Positions 39,172-49,000 of a stretch of DNA of 64,000 bases are shown piece by piece. The stretch comes from a bacterium (lineage in GTDB: Bacteria; UBA8248): NCBI GenBank assembly GCA_965261085.1, contig OZ253442.1:3232001-3296000 (forward strand). Direction: 5' to 3'. The translations under genes were made by a program, and so were the position numbers. Each line of letters begins with the position of its first letter. Position 1 is the first letter of the stretch. The notes below the pieces were generated by a model that was not told the DNA's origin, did not search any database, and worked only from the letters and a program-made list of their open reading frames with translations.

Positions 39172-39657
39172 CTAGCTGCGAAAACGCTCTCCGAGCGCAT
39201 CGCGGACGGATGGGGATACGTGCTCACTCACGTCTCCGCCGAGAGAGGCGACTTCCTTTACGAGGCTGGAACTGAGGAAACTGTATTGTTCGCTGGGCAT
39301 GAGGAAAATCGTTTCGATCTTCTCGTTCAGCCTTCTGTTCATGAGCGTCATCTGCATTTCATAATCAAAATCACTCACGGCGCGAAGGCCGCGAATGATG
39401 GCCTGGGCATTCACGTTCACGGCGAAATCCACGAGTAATTCACGCTCGAAACTCGTGATCTCGAGCTGGTTCGACCCCCTGAATTCTTCGAGGAAGAAAT
39501 TCTTGCGCTCCTCGAAACTGAACAAGGGCGCTTTCGAGGGGTGAACGGAAATGGCTACGGTAACTTTCGCAAAAAGCTTCTGGCTCCTTCGAACGACGTC
39601 GAAATGCCCTTTCGTCGGCGGATCGAAGGTTCCCGGGTATACCGCGTGACTTTCCAT
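39172..39657 (-). CDS. coaD: Pantetheine-phosphate adenylyltransferase
   Basis: YPGTFDPPTKGH, IRGLRAVSDFDYE, FLSSSLVKEVA..GGDVS. Confidence 0.95.
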   Translation of the reverse strand: MESHAVYPGTFDPPTKGHFDVVRRSQKLFAKVTVAISVHPSKAPLFSFEERKNFFLEEFRGSNQLEITSFERELLVDFAVNVNAQAIIRGLRAVSDFDYEMQMTLMNRRLNEKIETIFLMPSEQYSFLSSSLVKEVASLGGDVSEHVSPSVRDALGERFRS

Positions 39658-39911
39658 GAAAACAAACCTCATCGAGAACGTAAAATCTACCCTTTTCTAG
39701 GGAAAATGGCTGATTCCCTGCGTGAAATCCGCGTTAAAGCTAGTCTCTTTGGATATCTCGTGTCAACTTGACGAATGAAAACGCTGCGAGGGGAGCCTGT
39801 CGGGGGCTTGGCTTCATTGCGTCCACATTCATTGACGGATTCCGTGGCCCCGATTGAAAATTTTCTCGTCAGGCCGGGCGAGGCGGCGCCCCGCATCCAT
39901 GGGGGAATATC

Positions 39912-40499
39912 CTAAGATTTCAAAACCTCCCGCACCATGTGGCTGATTTCGGGAAGGATAATTTTTTCCATCCCCGTGCGGCAGGCGTTCCCCGAGCCGG
40001 GAAGCGTCATGATGATCGTGTCCCGGCAAGTCCCCGCCGTTGCGCGGGTGAGCATGGCGGCCGTGCCGATATCCTCGAAACTCACGTGACGAAACAACTC
40101 GCCGAAGCCGGGCATTTCCTTCTCCAGAATGGAAACGACGACGTCATACGTCGTATCCCGCTTGGTGATGCCCGTACCCCCGTTCGATATCACTACCTGG
40201 ATATCAGGATTCGCACACGCCTCGAGCAGGGACTCGCGAATCTGGGTCGGCTCATCCTTCACGATGCGGTAAAAAGATACCTGATGGCCCATGTCGCGCA
40301 GCATGTTCATAATCAGCTTTCCGCTCGTATCGGTTTCTTCCGTGCGCGTATCGCTCACCGTAAGCACGCCGCACGTAACGGCGTCCGGCCCCTCGGCGCG
40401 GTGTTCTTCAAAAGTTTTCAGATTGGCCGCCTGCTCGACTTCCCGGCGGGATGGACCCTCACTCTGGTTCATTCTCATCTCCTGCCCTTCGGTTTTCAT
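39912..40499 (-). CDS. moaB: Molybdenum cofactor biosynthesis protein B / Mog family
   Basis: LTVSDTRTEETDTSG, NGGTGITKRDTT, KEMPGFGELFR, LPGS; true start may be a few codons downstream. Confidence 0.88.
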   Translation of the reverse strand: MKTEGQEMRMNQSEGPSRREVEQAANLKTFEEHRAEGPDAVTCGVLTVSDTRTEETDTSGKLIMNMLRDMGHQVSFYRIVKDEPTQIRESLLEACANPDIQVVISNGGTGITKRDTTYDVVVSILEKEMPGFGELFRHVSFEDIGTAAMLTRATAGTCRDTIIMTLPGSGNACRTGMEKIILPEISHMVREVLKS

Positions 40500-40532
40500 C
40501 CATATCCGATTTATGGGCTCACGCCCGAGAAC

Positions 40533-40564
40533 AAAAGAACCGGAGAATGAATTCTCCGGCTCTT
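40533..40564 (-). terminator. Intrinsic terminator downstream of the lipoprotein gene
   Basis: rc GAGCCGGAGAAT-TC-ATTCTCCGGTTCTTTTGTT. Confidence 0.55.
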
Positions 40565-40651
40565 CTCGAGGCTTGTGACAATTCCGTCAAGAGCGACCAC
40601 AGGGAGTTCGCCTCTCCTCCCCGGCAGGCTCGCCGCGTGCGCCCCCGGAAC

Positions 40652-40945
40652 TTATTTCATCATTTTCTTCATCATTTTCTTCTTTTTGAAGCCCTTGGCC
40701 ATCATGCACGAATCGAACTTGCTCACCTCATACGTCGTCTCGGAGCTGACCGCGGCTGGGCCGCCTTTGGCCTTCGCATCGTAGATGAACTCTTCCTTCA
40801 CCGCGCAACCCTTCAGGTCCTTCACCGCCTGGTCCATCTTTACGCCTACGCCGCGCTTCACCCAAACCTGGTGCTGGGGCGGCGTGCATCCCGCTACCAC
40901 AAAAACCATCCCGACCGCCAGAAAGATACCAGCCATTTTTCGCAT
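40652..40945 (-). CDS. Small lipoprotein with Lys/Met-rich tail
   Basis: Lipobox VAGC; W.K.G...D...C ... CM.AKGF pattern; GGGAGA RBS. Confidence 0.7.
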   Translation of the reverse strand: MRKMAGIFLAVGMVFVVAGCTPPQHQVWVKRGVGVKMDQAVKDLKGCAVKEEFIYDAKAKGGPAAVSSETTYEVSKFDSCMMAKGFKKKKMMKKMMK

Positions 40946-41182
40946 GAGTCGCATTCTCCCCATAAAATCAATGCCCCGCCCGTTTCCTGTATCCCGCGAG
41001 GTCAAAACGCTCTTCTATCAAGACAAATCAAAATTTACCATTCTATTTCCTCATCGTCCAATACAAAATACAGTAGCACTCCGCGCGGTCAAAATCGAGT
41101 CCGTACGCCAACAATTCCTCCCCGCGAATCCGCGCATCATCCATCAACGCCTGATTCCGCCCCGACCAGAGGAGAATACACT

Positions 41183-41330
41183 CTAACTCCATATATATCA
41201 ATAGGTTATACTTTTATTTTTTTATCGAAAAACCCCGTGAATTTATCGAATTTTATCGTATTTTTCAGAAATTCCCTCGGCCCGAACGAGCCGAGTCGCT
41301 CCGCCATCATACCCGCGCTCTCCGGCGCTG
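41183..41330 (+). repeat. Integrase-associated AT-rich end element (att-like) with IHF consensus
   Basis: TATCAATAGGTTA; homologous to 27140-27270 (inverted) and partly to 60995-61030; lies directly upstream of an integrase relic. Confidence 0.75.
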
Positions 41331-41353
41331 GAAACGATTCGCCGGGAGGGGCC

Positions 41354-41760
41354 ATGCCCAAATAAATCGAGCACAGGCTTACCAAACGCGCCGTCGATGC
41401 GCTAAGCGTCGAGTCGAAAGACGCCATGTTCTGGGACAGGGATCTGGCCGGTTTCGGAGTCCGGGTCCACGCCACGGGCAGGAAGGTCTACGTGGTGCAG
41501 TCCCGTGGACCGTGGGGGCCCAAACGCGTGACGCTGGGCCGCCACAGCGAAATATCGGCCGATGAGGCGAGGAAGCGGGCGGCCGGCGTAATTGACCACA
41601 TCAAGCGGGGCGAGGACCCCATCCCCTGCACCGTCTGAGGGAGAACTTACACTGTCTGCCCTGGCCGAGCGCTTCATGCGCGTCCATGTAAGCATGCACT
41701 GTAAGCCGGACACCGCCGCGGCGTACCGCTTCGTCCTTAAAAATCACATCCCGCTGGCGC
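41354..41760 (+). pseudogene. Tyrosine integrase N-terminal relic (arm-binding DUF4102-like domain)
   Basis: MPK*IEHRLTKRAVDAL...FWDRDLAGFGVRV..TGRKVYVVQSRGP...RVTLGRH...EARKRA...GEDP; premature stop, frameshift, no catalytic domain. Confidence 0.85.
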
Positions 41761-42203
41761 AGTGGCGATGGACGCAGACGCGGCGCCCGGAACAACGGAG
41801 GCTGATAGTTGAGCATCGACGATAAAGGTATTACGACTTCTGATTCGTAAGACCACCCCAAAGAATCCATAGAAAACTCTTGGCGTAGTATCTACGCCTT
41901 GCGGACAGGCCCTCGCCTTCTTGCGGGGTGGGTTCGTCTCGCGTGATTTGCTGCTGTTCCTTCTCTGCAACATCTCTCGCTCTTAAAACCACCTCTCTGA
42001 CCTGAATGATGGGAGGTGCGCTTCCGCGCAGCCATTGGCGTCCGTGTATGGCAGGGAGTGAGTGGGCGATGAGAAAGAGGGCATTTTGGGTTGGGGGTCC
42101 TTGATACATTGACTTAGCATTAATGTGGAGTTAATGTAATTACATTGATTTTTGTTTCTTGAGAACGCGGGTTTTTTTTTGCCCACATAGGAGAATAAAA
42201 CCC

Positions 42204-42845
42204 ATGGATCAGTTCATGCACAGAGGAAACATAATTGAAATTTCTGAAGAAAAAGAGTTGGATGTAAAGATCAATGGTCAACAAATAGTCATAGAATCAA
42301 ATAAAGACTCGTCTCTCTTCTTTTCTCCTTTATCCTTTTTCGACGCTACTTCTCCAACTGATTTGGCATGTGCAATAATCGACGAACAGTTGGCGCTTGA
42401 TGAACCCGACATCCAAATCAATGACACCAAACCCAAGCTCGATATTAGACGAAATCTTGCTGAACTTCCGGATAACGACCGAGATAAATTTCGTGACGCT
42501 GTATTTCTTCTCAAAGAACGAGGGGAATACGACAAGTACATAAAATTTCATGGGTTTACGAACAATCTTGGACATTCTGGCCCAGCGTTCTTTGCATGGC
42601 ATCGAGTTTTCCTCCGCAAATTCGAACTCGAACTTCAGCAATTGGACCAACAGTACGAAGACGTCACATTGCCCTATTGGGATTACACAAGCCCCAACGT
42701 GGATGATCATGGTAATTCCAAGAATTGGCGAGACGATTTTTTTGGTGCCAATGGGGTCGTGAGCCTGAAGTGGACTGGCAAGGACGGTAGCGAGAAGAAG
42801 TGGATACTTCCAGGTTACCAGACAGAAAACACCCTCATGCCAATG
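42204..42845 (+). pseudogene. Truncated tyrosinase with N-terminal caddie (MelC1-like) domain
   Basis: AGGAG RBS; IRRNLAEL, CuA region HGFTNNLGHSGPAFFAWHR, TLPYWDY; CuB histidines absent; AT-rich sequence switches to GC-rich near 42845. Confidence 0.75.
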
Positions 42846-43070
42846 TCAAGCGAGATTACGGAGGACTGGAAGGGGTTTTTCGTCCCGATTCGTGGCTTTT
42901 TGTGTACGTTTGCGCCTGGGAAATGGGGTTCCTCCCGTGAAACGAGGCGTTTTACATCCCGTAACCGCAATTATCGGAGGGCACGCGGGGTTCGGGGGCG
43001 GCGGGTAGGCGCTCATCGCCGGACTCCAGCCGGAGGCGGTGGACCTCCTCGACCGGTGACGCGGCGCCGG

Positions 43071-43216
43071 GCGGCCCCACAGCGGAATCCTACCATAAAC
43101 ATGATAAAGACACGAAATATCCAGAACTATCCACGCTAAGTTCACGAATTTTGTGCTTTTAATCATTAAATGAATAGTTATTCATATCACTCCGGAGAGC
43201 AACTTCGGGACGGGGA
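43071..43216 (+). promoter_or_regulatory. Conserved expression cassette copy E (diverged, opposite orientation)
   Basis: GCGGCCCCACAG...CAT-gataa-aga-CAC-18bp-CAC-gctaa-gtt-CAC...TTTTGTGCTTT...CTCCGGAGAGCAAC; ends 36 bp before the 43252 ATG. Confidence 0.7.
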
Positions 43217-43251
43217 CTCATTCGTTATTAACTCTAGAAAGGTAACGGACC

Positions 43252-43635
43252 ATGCCTGACGACTATACGAACAATACGTCTACCACCGGCGCGGTGGAGG
43301 TCGGCGGCTCGGCGACGGGCGATATTGAGACCAGGGGCGACCGCGACTGGTTCGCGGTGACCCTGGGGGCGGGCACGACCTACCGGATCGACCTGGAGGG
43401 TTCGGAGACCGGGGCCGGCGCCCTGAGGGACCCGTACCTGCGCGGGGCCCACGACGCGGACGGCAACCTCCTCGCCGCCACGACGGATGACGACGACGGC
43501 GCGGGCTACAACAGCCGGGTGTATTTCACGGCGGAGGAGGACGCCACCTACTATGTGGCGGCCGGCGCTTATGGAAACTGGCGAGGCGCCTACACGCTGT
43601 CGGTGGCGGATGTCACGGACGATTTCGAGGCCGGG
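43252..43635 (+). pseudogene. Truncated PPC-domain secreted protein (paralog of the 57029-60280 gene)
   Basis: MPDDYTNNTSTTGAVEVGGSATGDIETRGDRDWFAV...YYVAAGAYG...YTLSV; homology ends near 43635. Confidence 0.8.
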
Positions 43636-43707
43636 GACCGGGACGAGCCGGATGCGAGCGGTCACGGGCCGCTGACGTTCAGACTTGTATATCCCTGGTT
43701 GCCTGCC

Positions 43708-44030
43708 TCACGAGCCGTACCGGAGTCTCTCCACGGCTCCCTGTTCCGTCGGCTCCCCTTGCGCGTAGCGTCCCGGCATGACGGGCGAAGACCAGCGTCC
43801 CGCGGCCTGCATCTCGGCCAGGGAGGCGCCTGCGCTAGCCAGGCTCTGCACACCGCCCACGCGCAGGCTGTGGCCGCTGACCCGCCCGTCCGCACCTGCG
43901 GCCTTCCCCCACCGGGCGATGATGCACCGGATGCTCTTGCCCGTCAGGCGCTCGGAGCGCAACCGGCCCCCCTTGAAGAAGGCCCGGAACAACGCCCCTT
44001 GCCTCAGGCCGGAACCCAGAAGCCACGCCC
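43708..44030 (-). pseudogene. C-terminal fragment of a Cre-like tyrosine recombinase
   Basis: SGHSLRVG (HxxR), AGRWSS..MPGRY (catalytic Tyr); no N-terminal half. Confidence 0.8.
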
Positions 44031-44076
44031 GGTTGCGGACCGGGGTTCCACAGCTTGCAGGTACTGTCAACGACCC

Positions 44077-44222
44077 GGAGTCTCGAGACCGAAGGCGGAA
44101 GCAGCCCCAGGCCTGCGCTGACGTCGTCCACCTTCCCGAAAATTCCCAGAATATGGCGAAAAATTCGCCGGATACCCCCAATGTTGGAGGCGCGAAGAAG
44201 CGCACGCGTTTCTATACTTTAA
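44077..44222 (+). repeat. ~146-bp direct repeat copy 1 (luxR 3' end + putative promoter)
   Basis: Near-identical to 45755-45901; palindrome CCCCCAATGTTGGAGG 44175-44190; TATACT 44213-44218. Confidence 0.9.
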
Positions 44223-44621
44223 GTATTGGTAGTCAACCTGAACACGAAGAACGGAGATGGATAGACATCTCTGCACTGGAAGGTGAAACGGAGAAGAATA
44301 CCGGTGATGTGGAATGTCGGATCGCTCTCGATATGTTGCTTGAGCGATTCTCACGGATCAACCTGTTTGCCGACCACCCGCAGTTCCGCCAGGACAATGT
44401 ACTCCAGGGACTTCAATCTCTGGTGGTGCGGTGCGTTCCCGCTTCCGGGGCAACACCTGTCGCATCCCGGTAGCGCGCGCATAACGCCGTCAATGTCGAC
44501 CGGCAGTGGGTGACACAATTCAGTTTAGCCTTGGCGATGTTGGTGTCCATGATTTCAGAGGGGATATGGGCAACATGGGAAGACCCTTCTCGCCCGGGCA
44601 TCCGCAAGCGAGGACGCTGTC

Positions 44622-45764
44622 ATGAGTGAACGGGAGGCGTTCGAGCGCATCCTGGCATCGTTGTACGATGCGGCGCTGGACGATACGAACTGGTCGACCG
44701 CCTCCGCGCTGATCGACGATGCCCTCCACACGCACGGCAACAGCCTGGGGATCGTCGACGTACACTCCGGGGAGGACATCCAGATCTACTTTGCAGGGGT
44801 CTTCTTCCACGGGCAACGGCGCCGCGATTTGGAACGCGAGTACTTCGAGGTCTACTACCCCCTGGACGAACGGGTCCCCCGCGTGCGGCATCTCCCCGAC
44901 AGCCAACTGACCCATATTGTCGACCTCTACACCAAAGAGAAGTTGAGAACCTCCGTAGTATACAACGATTATTTGGCCCGCATACATGCCCAGAACAGCA
45001 TCAACGTTCGCCTGGACGGACCCAACGGCTCAAGCATTGCCTGGGTTGTCCACGACCCGGTTGACGGTGACTGCTGGTCGTCCGCCCAACTCGACTCGCT
45101 CCGGCGTCTCCTGCCCCATATCCGCCAATACGTGCGCGTCCGGCAGACGCTGGCCGGCGCGGGTGTTTTGGGCGCGTCCCTCACGGAACTGCTCGACAGC
45201 ACCGGGTCGGGCATCATCCAACTCGACCGTCGCGGGCGGATCGTGGACGTGAACGACCGCGCCCGGGAATTGCTGCGGACCGGAGACGGTCTGTTCGACG
45301 AGGACGGTTTCCTGTTCGCCCGCACGCCGGGGGACAACACGCATCTCCAGGGACTGCTGAAGCGAGCACTGCCGCCGTTCGGGACCCTGGGCGTCGGCGG
45401 CTCTACGATGGTGAGGCGTGAATCGGCCCTGCCGCTGGTGCTGCACGTCAACCCGGTGGACCGGCAGAAGACGGACCTCCGCGTTTGGCCGGTCGCGGCG
45501 CTCGTGCTGGTCGTGGACCCGGCGAGCCGGACCCGTATCGATCCGGCCGTGGCCGGGGCGGCCCTCGGCCTCACGGGGGCGGAAAGCCGGGTGGCGGTGC
45601 TGTTGGCCGAAGGCATGAGCGTCCGTGAGATCGCTGCGGCGATGGGCCCAAAGGAAAGCACGATCCGCTGGCACGTGAAGCGCATGTTCGCCAAGCACGG
45701 CCTCACGCGACAGGCCGATCTGGTGCGTCTTGTGCTGTCGCTGGCCAACGCTATGGAGTCTTGA
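44622..45764 (+). CDS. PAS-domain LuxR-family transcriptional regulator
   Basis: LYDAALD..W N-terminus, LLPHIRQ, PAS-like GIIQLDRRGRIV.VN, HTH GLTGAESRVAVLLAEG.SVREIA...TIRWHVKRMFAK.G.TRQADLV. Confidence 0.88.
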   Translation: MSEREAFERILASLYDAALDDTNWSTASALIDDALHTHGNSLGIVDVHSGEDIQIYFAGVFFHGQRRRDLEREYFEVYYPLDERVPRVRHLPDSQLTHIVDLYTKEKLRTSVVYNDYLARIHAQNSINVRLDGPNGSSIAWVVHDPVDGDCWSSAQLDSLRRLLPHIRQYVRVRQTLAGAGVLGASLTELLDSTGSGIIQLDRRGRIVDVNDRARELLRTGDGLFDEDGFLFARTPGDNTHLQGLLKRALPPFGTLGVGGSTMVRRESALPLVLHVNPVDRQKTDLRVWPVAALVLVVDPASRTRIDPAVAGAALGLTGAESRVAVLLAEGMSVREIAAAMGPKESTIRWHVKRMFAKHGLTRQADLVRLVLSLANAMES

Positions 45765-45901
45765 TACCGAAGGCGGAAGCAGCCCTAGGCCGGCGCTGAC
45801 GTCGTCCACCTTCCCGAAAATTCCCAAGATATGGCGAAAAATTCGCCGGATACCCCCAATGTTGGAGGCGCGAAGAAGCGCACGCTTTTCTTATACTTTA
45901 A
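45755..45901 (+). repeat. ~146-bp direct repeat copy 2; putative LuxR-dependent promoter of the autotransporter
   Basis: Palindrome 45853-45868, TATACT 45892-45897, about 160 bp upstream of the 46061 ATG. Confidence 0.85.
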
Positions 45902-46060
45902 TTAGCACTCTCATAATCGCAAGTATCGGCGGCATGCGGGGCTCGAGGCGCTCGCACCGGCGTCTGCACCGGCGAGGCTACCGCTGCCCCGCCGCCGGAG
46001 ACGCAAATTCGTTCATGAGAAAAGCAGGTTCATTTTTACAGGCAAGGAGGTTCGTTCAGA

Positions 46061-49000
46061 ATGCAACCACGAGAAAAGTTCGACACGGGTGTTGACGCCG
46101 GAAGAAACGATGCCGCCCGCACGAACAACGGTTCGACCACCGACTCCGGCATACGGGGACCACAGAAATCAGACAAGGGGGCCTGCGGGCCGCCATCCGC
46201 CTCCTCCCCGAAGGCCGGTCTTTTTGCGCGGGCGCTTGCATGCGCCGTCGCCCTGGCGCTGGCCACCATGCTGGCGTTCGGCGCGGGTGATGCGTCGGCT
46301 GCGGGCGTGTGCAGAAACACGCCCGAAACCGGGGAAAGGGTCGAGTGTAAGAAGGATTCCAGTTCCAGCGACAACATCGAAATCCAACTTGACGGAATCG
46401 ACATCGACACGACGGATGGGGGCGGCCACGGCGTTCATGCCGAGCATCAAGGCGACGGACACATCGATATCGGGATCGACACCGACTTTGCAGAAGGTGA
46501 CCGAGACACCTACAGCACCATCGTCACGACCGCCAGCCGCAACTACGGTATCTACGCCCATCATCTCGGCGACAACTCGGTGGTGACAAGCACGTTTTCT
46601 GCCACCATCGGCACCCAGGGCAATTATGCCCCCGCCATCTATGGCCGGCACGAGGGTAGCGGGCTCCTCAGAATCAGATCTTTGGGGGACGAAATCACTA
46701 CCACAGGCGCTTATTCCCATGGCATCTATGGCCATCATTTCAGCACCGGGGATATCGAGATCGACGTTAGTAGTGACATCGAGATACGAAATACCAAATC
46801 CTACGGCGTCTTTAGTACACATCACGGCACCGGTGATATTCGCATCAATCTCACAGACACCGTCAAAACATCTGCCTATACGTCTTCCGGCGGTATCTAC
46901 GCCGTGCATTGTGGCTTCGACAGCACAGACTCCTCAGGATGTCTTTTACCTGCACTCGACACCCTTAGTAGCGGAGATATCCGCATCAATGTCAATAATT
47001 TCAAATTCCTCCCTTTGAACAGCAGTGCCGCCATTAGCGGCTACAGCATCGAAGCCCTTCATTCGGGTGACGGCGACATCCATATTGATGCTCGAAATGG
47101 AACCTTCACCCTGGTGGGTCGAAGTGGCGATGGCATCACGGGCCGCAGTCGCGGCACCGGCAACATCAACATTTATGCGGAAGAAGTCACAATTCACACG
47201 AATGGCGACAGTTCAGTAGGCATCTTCGCAGTCGCCGAAAGCGCGCTTGGTCCCCAGCAAGTCGAAATCACCACCCAGGAAGTGGATGTAACCACGGAGG
47301 GCCCCAGATCCCACGGAATTTGGGGTTCGAATCAAACCGCGGGTGGTGTTACCTTAGACGTACAGGGTGGAACCTTGACTCTTAATGGCAGGGAATCACA
47401 CGCCGTTTATAGTACCGTTTCTGCTGGGAATATCTCCGACATCGATGTCCAGAACGCCACTATCATCATGGGGCTTGGGAATAATGGCGGCCACGGCGTT
47501 CAAAATGATATGGGCGGCATCGGCGACAGCAATACCGACGTGCGGGATACCACCATCATCACGAAAGACGATGATTCCCGCGGCATCGTGGGCCGGCATA
47601 GGAGCACGGGCGACATCGACATCGAAGTCCGAGGCGGCTCCATCAAGACGAGCGGCGAGTATGCGTATGGCATCTATGGTCTTCATCAAGGCGAAGGCAA
47701 CGTCACGCTCAATATGCAAGACGGCAACGCCGTCACCACGACGGGCGAGAACGGCCACGGCATCGTGGCCTATAATTTCGGAACGATGGACTCCAGGACC
47801 ATGGCGATCACGGTCGGCGGCCGCGTCGACACGAGTGGCGCGGGCGCACAGGGCGTCCGGGTGGGCGTCGTCAATACCGACGGCGCGCCAGAGCGCGTAG
47901 CCGCCCTGGACGACGCGGAGGGCTATCGTAAGCAGACGGTCACGGTGAACGGCTCGGTGATGGGCGAGGCCGTGGGCGTCTTCCTTGCGGGCGGCGGCCG
48001 GGTCGTCATCGGGCCGCAGGGGACAGTCGGCGCAGAATCCGGGATCGCGATTCTCGCGTCGGGAGATACGCCTGTAGAAGGCGGAGATCCAATCAAGCCC
48101 AAGCTGCTCGTCGACATGACGCTCGACGGCCGCCGGGTGCGGGACGTATTCGGGGATGACTGGATCATCAACGACGAAGGCGAGACCACCATCGTGGTCA
48201 ACGAGGTTATGCTGCACGAGGGCGCGAAGGGCGTCGTGCCCGGCGCGGTGGCCCCCAACGGGGCGTGGAACGTCCGGATGAGAGCGGAAGGCGTCAACGT
48301 GGACTACACCATGGACCCGGCGAACTGGGAAATGATCGTGCCCACCGCGGGCGTCGTCGTCGACCGGGATTTCTCGGCGGCGGACTTCACGGAAACCCAG
48401 AAGCCAACTATGCCGCCGCCCATGTGCCCTGAAGGACAAGTCGGGACGCCTCCAGACTGCACCACGCCACCCCCACCCATGTGCCCTGAAGGACAAGTCG
48501 GGACGCCTCCAGACTGCACCACTCCCCCGCCGCCTATGTGTCCGCCGGGACAAGTCGGGACGCCTCCAGACTGCACCACGCCACCCCCACCCATGTGCCC
48601 TGAAGGACAAGTCGGGACGCCTCCAGACTGCACCACTCCCCCGCCGCCTATGTGTCCGCCGGGACAAGTCGGGACGCCTCCAGACTGCACCACTCCCCCG
48701 CCGCATATGTGTCCGCCGGGACAAGTCGGGACGCCTCCAGACTGCACCACTCCCCCGCCGCATATGTGCCCGGAAGGACAAATCGGGACGCCTCCAGACT
48801 GCACCACTCCCCCGCCGCATATGTGTCCCCCGGGACAAGTCGGAACGCCCCCGGACTGCACCACTCCCCCGCCGCCCATGTGTCCGTCCGGGCAGGTCGG
48901 GACGCCCCCGGACTGTTCCGCTCCGCCGCCTGAGATTTTCGAGGAATACGCCCCGCGCGCGGCGGTCTATGAGGCCCTGCCGGGCTTTTTGCTGAAACTG

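Noticed and set aside
41000-41350. tRNA/tmRNA integration target at the island border
   Set aside because: No cloverleaf or GTTCGA T-loop plus CCA pattern recognised; I found no RNA genes in the window by eye.
43708-44030. Active shufflon/invertase acting on the cassettes
   Set aside because: All three tyrosine-recombinase sequences in the window are fragments; activity in trans cannot be excluded, but nothing here supports it.
43252-44121. 289-aa ORF as an intact gene
   Set aside because: PPC homology ends near 43635; the rest is read-through antisense to a recombinase fragment.
48407-48919. CRISPR-like periodicity
   Set aside because: Units are contiguous, in-frame 57-bp coding repeats with no unique spacers; no cas genes in the window.
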